A stretch of 24,025 nucleotides of DNA from Candidatus Hodarchaeum mangrovi. GTDB lineage: Archaea; Asgardarchaeota; Heimdallarchaeia; Hodarchaeales; Hodarchaeaceae. Shown here piece after piece: positions 17,710-24,025 of the stretch. The translations under genes and the position numbers were made by a program. Under the pieces are notes generated by a model. It made no database searches. It saw nothing but the letters and a program-made list of their open reading frames with translations, and had not been told where the DNA came from. The DNA lies in assembly GCA_016839515.1 (NCBI GenBank), contig JAEOUE010000036.1:1-24025 (forward strand). The letters run 5' to 3'. Position 1 is the stretch's first letter, and each line of letters opens with the position of its first letter.

Positions 17710-18321
17710 GTGAATATAATGGCTGAAATAAATGCACTGGATATCGATTCTGAGGTTTTATCACAATATCGTGAGGTAATAAAAAAAGCTGTATCTCTAG
17801 CTGAAGAAGGCAACTTCCAAAAGGCAATTAGTTTTTTAGAATCGAAGCTTGTAGAAGCTGAAAAACTATCCATGATTCAACCTGAAGTAGACGTCCGAAA
17901 TCAACTGGGGATTTTACATTGGAAAAATAATTCCTTCCAACATTTTCTAGAAATAACTGCATCATCTTTAGCGCTTGCTAAGGCCCATAAATATAAAAAA
18001 GGGATAGCAGAGGCGTTATTAAACCTTGCTTGGGTTCTTGCTATGGAGAGGAGAGATTTTATTAAAGCTTTTGATTTTACTGAAGAAGCTCTAGAAGTTA
18101 CTGAGGCAATAGGTTATAAAAAAGGTATTGCTACGAGTCTTTATATCATCTCTGCCGCCTATAAGTTTAAAAAGATGGAAGAAAAGGCTGCTTATTATTT
18201 AGAAAAATCATTACAAATTTCAATGCAATTGTCTGATGAAGCAGACCTTTTAATCGCTAGTGAGGCTGGATTAACAGATGAGGAGAAAGATCGACTTAAA
18301 GATGCATTAGACTTGCTTTAA
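17710..18321 (+). CDS. Tetratricopeptide repeat protein (MalT/TPR_12-like)
   Basis: Repeated YKKGIAEALLNLA / YKKGIATSLYIIS units with A..Y.EKSL helices. The start may be ATG17719. Confidence 0.88.
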   Translation: MNIMAEINALDIDSEVLSQYREVIKKAVSLAEEGNFQKAISFLESKLVEAEKLSMIQPEVDVRNQLGILHWKNNSFQHFLEITASSLALAKAHKYKKGIAEALLNLAWVLAMERRDFIKAFDFTEEALEVTEAIGYKKGIATSLYIISAAYKFKKMEEKAAYYLEKSLQISMQLSDEADLLIASEAGLTDEEKDRLKDALDLL

Positions 18322-18793
18322 TTCATTTTATACCAATATTGTTTGAGACTCTCTAGATGATAGATCAAACATTTATTCCTCTATTTTTAGTAAATTCTGG
18401 GTTTTTAAACCATGGTATTTCGTTATTTCATAATTAAAATATTTCTGAGAGTTATGATCTCATTCTCTTGGCCATTATGAATTAAAAAGGATTTAAATTT
18501 CACGATTAAAACCAATCTATTTTTATTCTACCCTTTCCAAAATTATTCTTTAACTTAAAAATTTCTTAGGACTTATACCTAAGCAAATATCCTAATAAAG
18601 AATTGATGAATAAGTCACGATCAATAAATTTATTCTATTTCCTTAAAGAAAAAGACACCTTATTATACGAGTATTTATTAAACTTGAACAAATGATTTTT
18701 TTATTGTTTAACAAGATATATAAGATATTGAAAACAAAAAATGAAATTGCACCTCTATCCCAAAAATCTATTTGTAATTACTGAGGAAATCAA

Positions 18794-19198
18794 ATGGCAA
18801 GAATCCTTTTAGTTGACGATGAACGTGATCTAATTTTAATCTATACTAAACTTCTCATGATGGAAGGTCACGATGTAGTAGATCATGCTTCTAATGGAAA
18901 AGAAGCCATTCAAAAGTTCGCAGAATTGCCAATAAAACCAGACATAATAATTATGGATTACCGTATGCCTGTTCTGGATGGATTGGTAGCCATGAAAGAA
19001 ATTCTTAAGAAAAATCCTGATGCTAAGGTATTATTTGTTAGTGCAGAGAAACGTGTCGAGAAGGAAGCATTAGAATCTGGAGCGATTGGATTTTTTACTA
19101 AACCCACAAGTATTCGTACCTTATTAGCTGAAATCGATCGGATTCAAAAATTACAATCTGAAAGATTGAAATTGCAGCAATCAACTTCAATCCCATGA
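18794..19198 (+). CDS. Stand-alone response regulator receiver (CheY-like)
   Basis: ILLVDDE, DIIIMDYRMP.LDG (phospho-Asp), SA and KP motifs; GAGG SD; no output domain. Confidence 0.95.
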   Translation: MARILLVDDERDLILIYTKLLMMEGHDVVDHASNGKEAIQKFAELPIKPDIIIMDYRMPVLDGLVAMKEILKKNPDAKVLFVSAEKRVEKEALESGAIGFFTKPTSIRTLLAEIDRIQKLQSERLKLQQSTSIP

Positions 19199-19295
19199 TT
19201 TTTTTTCCTAATTAATATAAAAATTTATTAATGAAGGGGCAGTATCTCTTTTGAAAGTTTGATTTATTTAAAGTAATTTTATATTATTATCATGA

Positions 19296-19318
19296 GAAAA
19301 AAAAGGGAGGAGGAAAAA
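19296..19318 (-). terminator. Oligo-T terminator of the histone gene
   Basis: On the minus strand, TTTTTCCTCCTCCCTTTTTTTTC lies ~25 nt past the histone stop. Confidence 0.6.
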
Positions 19319-19344
19319 CAGCATTAAATAAAGCTTTAATCCAT

Positions 19345-19548
19345 TTATTTGGATGCTGCTAGTTTAATGTCTGATTCCTTAATGGTTTTTCGACCAGAAT
19401 GACGAGCAATTTCGACTGCGTATTTGGCTAAGCCCATACCATAGTCAGTAAGAATTTCATTCAGTCTGTTAATCGCATCTGCGGAAACCCGTCGGGCACC
19501 AGCATCACGAATGATTTTTTCAACACGTGCGGAAGCAAATCCGGCCAT
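19345..19548 (-). CDS. Archaeal histone (HMf-type histone fold), 67 aa
   Basis: FASARVEKIIRDAGARRVSADA...AVEIARHSGRKTIKESDI contains the RV and RKTI..D histone-fold signatures. ATG19548 is 8 nt after GGTGA; the alternative start is GTG19560. Confidence 0.97.
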   Translation of the reverse strand: MAGFASARVEKIIRDAGARRVSADAINRLNEILTDYGMGLAKYAVEIARHSGRKTIKESDIKLAASK

Positions 19549-19643
19549 TTTTCTTTTCACCTTTTCTCCGTAGTTTTTATTTGTTTCTAAGATAATTTAT
19601 CTTAGCGCTGAATTTTCTTCAGCGAATTCCCTCTTTCCGTCAA

Positions 19644-19660
19644 TCTTTAAAAAGTTTTTC
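19644..19660 (-). promoter_or_regulatory. BRE/TATA promoter of the histone gene
   Basis: GAAAAAC-TTTTTAAAGA on the minus strand, predicting a TSS near 19623. Confidence 0.6.
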
Positions 19661-20035
19661 TTTTTGTTTGTGTTCTAGTGACCTATACGGGGGATGTTCC
19701 TAGCCTACCGAACACATATATTGTATAAGTGATAGTGGTAACTAGTCATGATTATAGAAAATGTATAACTAGTGTGGTGGTTGAGGTGGCAAAAATAAAA
19801 TTTCAAACTCTGTTAAAACTGGATTTTTTTCTAATAAATGGTCTAATTTTTACTCTAAGCTTTAAAAGACTTTTTTAATTTAAAAAAATTAATAAAAACT
19901 CATTAATAAATTGATTACTACTTGTTTTAAACATTTAGAAGGAATTTATTATCACCTAGAATTTAGTCAGAAATCCTAACTATTATAAATAGAAAAAATG
20001 GAGATTTATTGGTTAAGCTCAAGCTAAAATTTTTT

Positions 20036-21052
20036 CTATATTTTCTTTTGACTTAGTAAATGTTTTACCCAAGATTTTGTAATTTTCTCGGGATATTGTC
20101 TGTGTAGCGAGCTTAGGAGTGATTTGAAGTTTTCTTCCGGATTATTTTTCAGTTTAATAATAAGAAATTTCATAATTTCATGAAAATCTGATGTCCCAAA
20201 AACTTTATATTGTGATTGAATGCACTCAGGTGTCCATTCCTCCATTATTCTATTCTTTATCAAGTTTCGATAATTCTTATTAATTTCATATCCAATTCCT
20301 TTTCTACCAATTAAACGACATACTTTCAAAGTGGTACCAGATCCAAGAAAAGGATCAAGGACTGTCTCTCCTTTAACAGTATGCATTCGTATTAATCGAT
20401 AAGGAATTTCTTCAGGGAATGGAGCAGAATGACCAAAGATATTTTCTCCCTTTGAATTAATTTTGAAAACTGGGACTATATCATCCCAAATGCATCTAAC
20501 AGCCCAATGTCTCCATTCTTCTTTTGTTAAAAGATTTTTTTCTAAAATATCCTTGGAGATTTTTCTGGTGGATCCTTTTTTAACCCAAACATAAATTTGT
20601 TCAAAAGCAGTATTTGAAGCAATATTTGTAGGTTTTGGAAAGCTTCCCCATGAAACATTCGAGATATAGGGTATTTTAGACCAATAATGCATTCCTGAAA
20701 GATATAAATTATTTTTTCGCATGAAGTGTTCTATATCCCACATTATATTTTGAATAACACGTCGATTATACCCTGACTGATCGCTTGCAATCGGAAGAGG
20801 TTGAATATTAATGGCAAATTTTCCATTAGGTTGTAATACTCTGTAACATTCTCTCCAAACATGATTTAAATCAGAAATATACTCCTTGTAACTTTGACCA
20901 AAACCAATTTGAGAAGTTCCGTAATCTCGAACATTCCAATAAGGTGGGGATGTTACTATAAGAGTAACCGATTCAGATGGAATTTCAGCCATCGATTGTG
21001 CAGAACCAAAATAGATCACTTGATCAGCGATCTGCAATTTTTCTTTATTCAT
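20036..21052 (-). CDS. Beta-class amino DNA methyltransferase (m4C/m6A), orphan
   Basis: TSPPY (motif IV) precedes H.APFP and DPFLGSGTT (motif I). The start is reassigned to ATG21052, which overlaps the upstream gene's stop (ATGAATAA). Confidence 0.92.
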   Translation of the reverse strand: MNKEKLQIADQVIYFGSAQSMAEIPSESVTLIVTSPPYWNVRDYGTSQIGFGQSYKEYISDLNHVWRECYRVLQPNGKFAINIQPLPIASDQSGYNRRVIQNIMWDIEHFMRKNNLYLSGMHYWSKIPYISNVSWGSFPKPTNIASNTAFEQIYVWVKKGSTRKISKDILEKNLLTKEEWRHWAVRCIWDDIVPVFKINSKGENIFGHSAPFPEEIPYRLIRMHTVKGETVLDPFLGSGTTLKVCRLIGRKGIGYEINKNYRNLIKNRIMEEWTPECIQSQYKVFGTSDFHEIMKFLIIKLKNNPEENFKSLLSSLHRQYPEKITKSWVKHLLSQKKI

Positions 21053-21650
21053 TATTTTCTTTCCTAGATGAGCTAATTTTACTAAGAATAAAAATATCGT
21101 CTTTTCTCTTGGATTGTCTCCAATAAATATTAGCAAATTTATGTATATCGATTCCCCAGTCATTTCTAATGGTTTCTTCAATTGTTAAATTGATTACTTC
21201 ACCAATGAAAAGATCATGATCACCTGTTGGTACTATTTCAATTAATTTACATTCTATATTAATCAGACATTCTTTTAGCTTAGGTGCATCTATTTTAGAT
21301 GATCTTTCTAGTGTAAATCCAGCTTTAATGATTTTATTTGTATCCTCGCGCCCTGAAATTGTGCCTAGATAATAAGCTGAGTCTACTTGGGAAAAATTAG
21401 GGATATTTATAACAAATTCTCCCTGATTTTTGATTATTTGATGTGAATAACGTTTTTTTGTTATAGAAACTCCCATAAGAGGAGGATTAACAGATAAAGG
21501 GGTTGACCAAGCAATAGTTAATGCGTTAGCTTTTTCCATTGTACCACATGACACTATAATAGTCAATCGGGGGTAGAGGAATCTATAAGCAAGGTCTAAA
21601 TTTTCAATTGATTGTTTTATTTTTCTCACCTTTTTCAAATACTCATTCAA
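21045..21650 (-). CDS. Flavin reductase-like / flavoredoxin family protein
   Basis: LYPRLTIIVS, SVNPPLMGVSI, GEFVINIP, IECKL and GDHDLFIGEV motifs. Confidence 0.93.
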   Translation of the reverse strand: MNEYLKKVRKIKQSIENLDLAYRFLYPRLTIIVSCGTMEKANALTIAWSTPLSVNPPLMGVSITKKRYSHQIIKNQGEFVINIPNFSQVDSAYYLGTISGREDTNKIIKAGFTLERSSKIDAPKLKECLINIECKLIEIVPTGDHDLFIGEVINLTIEETIRNDWGIDIHKFANIYWRQSKRKDDIFILSKISSSRKENNE

Positions 21651-22522
21651 TTTAATTTCCGATAATTCCGTAAAAATTCGAGATTTCGTTGATCACTCTT
21701 TTCATCTTCTTTAGGAGTTTCAAGAATCATTGAAATATTTTGGAATCTTGGGTGTTGCATCAATTCACGAAAACATTCCTTTCCTATTTTACCACAGCCT
21801 AAGTGCTCATGATGATCAATACCTGACCCTAATCCTCCTTTGGTATCATTAATATGAATTACTTTTACCAAATCATGTGAAATCTCATCAATCTGGTCAA
21901 AAATCTCATGCAAAATTTCTGGATTTTTTATATCATATCCTGTGGAATAGGCATGAGCTGTATCAAAACAGATTCCAATTTTTTCAGGTTGAGTAATTTT
22001 CTTGATTATAGCCTCCATTTGTTCTATAGATGTTCCCCACTTTTGCTTTTTGGCAGTTGAATTTTCTAGCAAAATTAAAACATGATTAGAATTAGATTCC
22101 AAGGCTATATCAAGTGCCTTAACAACTTTATTTAAAGCAAATGATTCCGATTCTTTTAATGGACTCCCTAGATGTGTTACGATATAGGGAATTTTCAAAA
22201 TTTTTGAAGTAGTAATTTCTTCAATCAAGACCTTGACTGATTTATTAAAAAGTTCTTCAGAGGGTGTAGCAATATTCGGAAGATATGGCATATGTATTGT
22301 TGTATCAAAGAAATTAGCTTTTTCAGATTTTTCTATGAATTTAACTATTGAAGATTTGGATAATGTATTTTTTCCAGCTTCCCATCTTCTTGGTGGGCGA
22401 GTAAATATCTGAAGACATTCACATGTACTTTTAATAGCACGATCTATTGAGAGATCAATAGAAGTAGAGATAGATTTATGAGCACCTATTCTGGGTTTTG
22501 GAATTGGCATTATTGGAACCAT
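21647..22522 (-). CDS. nfo: Endonuclease IV (AP endonuclease 2)
   Basis: IGAH.S, QIF, HMPYLPN, HLG, LLEN, CFDTAH, IHINDTK, DHHEHLG and ILETP zinc-ligand motifs. 4-nt ATGA overlap with the next gene. Confidence 0.96.
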   Translation of the reverse strand: MVPIMPIPKPRIGAHKSISTSIDLSIDRAIKSTCECLQIFTRPPRRWEAGKNTLSKSSIVKFIEKSEKANFFDTTIHMPYLPNIATPSEELFNKSVKVLIEEITTSKILKIPYIVTHLGSPLKESESFALNKVVKALDIALESNSNHVLILLENSTAKKQKWGTSIEQMEAIIKKITQPEKIGICFDTAHAYSTGYDIKNPEILHEIFDQIDEISHDLVKVIHINDTKGGLGSGIDHHEHLGCGKIGKECFRELMQHPRFQNISMILETPKEDEKSDQRNLEFLRNYRKLN

Positions 22523-22600
22523 AATCAGATTTGTTTTTATAGATTAGTCAGAAAAATAATTTGAAGAGTTGGTATTTGAAAAGTTTAAAGATGTTGAATT

Positions 22601-23500
22601 ATGTTTAACCAATTATATCGTGAGAAAAGTAAGGTTAGTATATTTGTCGCGATATTTTTTGTATCATGGGCTTCTATTTTCATTCGTTTTGCACAATCTC
22701 CACCTGTAGTAACTGCATTTTGGCGATTATTTCTTTCTGTTCTTTTTCTTGTTCCTTTATTGCTAATTAAGAATGTAAGGTTACATTTTTCAACAATTCT
22801 ACAGTTAAAATATATGAAGTTTTTTTTTATTTCAGGATTTTTTCTTGCCCTGCATTTTTTTACATGGTTTCAAAGTTTAGAATATACAACTGTTGCAATA
22901 TCGGTTCTGGTAGTAAATACATCTCCTGTTTGGGTTATAATACTTTCCTTCCTCCTTTTTAAAGAAAAAATAAATAAAATCCAAATTCTTGGCGTATTAT
23001 TCACTTTTATTGGGATGATCCTAATATCTTGGACATATTTTTCTGGAGAGTTTAGTTCAAATCTTATCGTCGGTGTGGTGCTAGCATTAATTGGTGCAAA
23101 TATGGTTGCTGCATATTTTATTATTGGAAGACGAATGCGTGCAAATTATACTGTACCAAATATTCCTTATGTCTTTTTTGTTAACTTATATTCTTCTATT
23201 TTTTTATTAATTTTTTCTCTGATTTTAGGGAACAACATCATTGATTTTCCCATTATAGATTTAGTATGGTTCATATTATTAGCTCTTGGACCAAGTTTAT
23301 TAGGTCATGCTATGTTTACATATGCTATGAAGCAGTTATCTGCCAGAACAGTATCATTAGCAGTAATTGGTGAAACGATTGGAGCTTCTTTTCTCAGTTG
23401 GATTATTTTGGGTGAATCTCTATCCCCAATTATTGGTATTGCAGGTTCGTTTATTTTAAGTGGAATTGCTCTTAATGTTATTTATGAGTCTGAAGGTTGA
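22601..23500 (+). CDS. DMT/EamA family transporter
   Basis: About 10 TM in two repeats; AFWRL, GFFLALHF..WFQSL and ALGPSLLGH motifs. Confidence 0.93.
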   Translation: MFNQLYREKSKVSIFVAIFFVSWASIFIRFAQSPPVVTAFWRLFLSVLFLVPLLLIKNVRLHFSTILQLKYMKFFFISGFFLALHFFTWFQSLEYTTVAISVLVVNTSPVWVIILSFLLFKEKINKIQILGVLFTFIGMILISWTYFSGEFSSNLIVGVVLALIGANMVAAYFIIGRRMRANYTVPNIPYVFFVNLYSSIFLLIFSLILGNNIIDFPIIDLVWFILLALGPSLLGHAMFTYAMKQLSARTVSLAVIGETIGASFLSWIILGESLSPIIGIAGSFILSGIALNVIYESEG

Positions 23501-23516
23501 ATATCTGAATAGAAGT

Positions 23517-24025
23517 TTAAATAATTCTACCTAATGTTGCGTGTAATATTTTTCCTGTCATGATTGGGGAAACAGCAGCAAATTCAATCATATCAAGTAA
23601 ATCCTCGGGTAAAAGTGGTTTTTGAAGCAGTTGTTTGCTGATTTTTTTTGCTTTTAATTCATCATATGAGGATATTGAATCTTGTGAGGTATTCTGAAGT
23701 TCCTCTATATGGCGAGAAGTAAACACATAGGTTGGTGAAACCCCATTAATCCGAATATTGAATGGAGCTAAATAAACTGCGAAAGATCTTATTAAGTATG
23801 CTAATCCTGCCTTTGCAATTCCATAAGGCATTTTTTTTATCTCTGGCTCAAAAGCAGAGGAACTAACAATATGAACGACAGAACCCCCCATCTTATTCAT
23901 AAGTCGAGTTGCCATCTGCGATAATAAAAAAGCAGATGTAAGATTTAGTGATAGAACTTGCTGAAAAAAATCCTCAGTTACTTCAAGTGGATTGATACTT
24001 CTCAATGACCCTCCTATGCAATTGA
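23517..24025 (-). CDS. Short-chain dehydrogenase/reductase (5' end beyond window)
   Basis: The frame stays open to the window edge (NCIGG at the NNAG position), with IVSS, YGIAK (YxxxK) and IRINGVSP. Confidence 0.9.
   Translation of the reverse strand, partial: NCIGGSLRSINPLEVTEDFFQQVLSLNLTSAFLLSQMATRLMNKMGGSVVHIVSSSAFEPEIKKMPYGIAKAGLAYLIRSFAVYLAPFNIRINGVSPTYVFTSRHIEELQNTSQDSISSYDELKAKKISKQLLQKPLLPEDLLDMIEFAAVSPIMTGKILHATLGRII

Noticed and set aside
17685-17873. 62-aa minus-strand ORF
   Set aside because: Antisense to the TPR gene.
19319-19344. Eukaryote-type histone 3' stem-loop
   Set aside because: Only a weak AT-rich palindrome (TAAAGCTTTA) is present, with no match to the SLBP stem-loop consensus.
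21053-21181. 43-aa N-terminal extension of the methyltransferase
   Set aside because: It overlaps the flavin reductase in another frame, and ATG21052 gives normal translational coupling.
1-24025. Provirus, CRISPR array, tRNA/rRNA or IS element
   Set aside because: No capsid, integrase, transposase, regularly spaced repeats or tRNA cloverleaf seen. The A32-like gene stands alone among cellular genes.

Overview
AT-rich archaeal chromosomal window, inferred to be from an Asgard archaeon, most likely Heimdallarchaeia/Hodarchaeales. The evidence is an HMf-type histone, a DinB with a PCNA-binding PIP box, BRE/TATA promoters, GGTGA Shine-Dalgarno sites, oligo-T terminators and a CTERM-type surface protein. 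Recognisable genes are thpR, a LarA-family racemase, a PadR regulator with a HAAS-domain membrane protein, MFS and DMT transporters, an M20D amidohydrolase, an HEXXH protein, dinB, sfsA, a TPR protein, a stand-alone receiver domain, a histone, an nfo-flavin reductase-DNA methyltransferase operon and a partial SDR. The notable observations are: (1) a 278-aa ORF that reads as a full-length but catalytically dead A32-type viral genome-packaging ATPase with no other viral genes nearby; (2) an integrin-alpha-like single-pass receptor (propeller with FG-GAP-like motifs, Fn3, TM ending GFF, TPR-like tail) co-transcribed with a CTERM surface protein; (3) a PadR-HAAS system with tandem TGTTAGT-N3-ACWAACA operators and a 3x4-TM sensor; (4) a plsC-like acyltransferase pseudogene; (5) an uncalled 56-aa zinc-finger microprotein; (6) structured non-coding segments at 5854-5991 and in the histone leader. 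I found no tRNA, rRNA, CRISPR array or transposase. All family calls come from motif recognition by eye, not from database searches.
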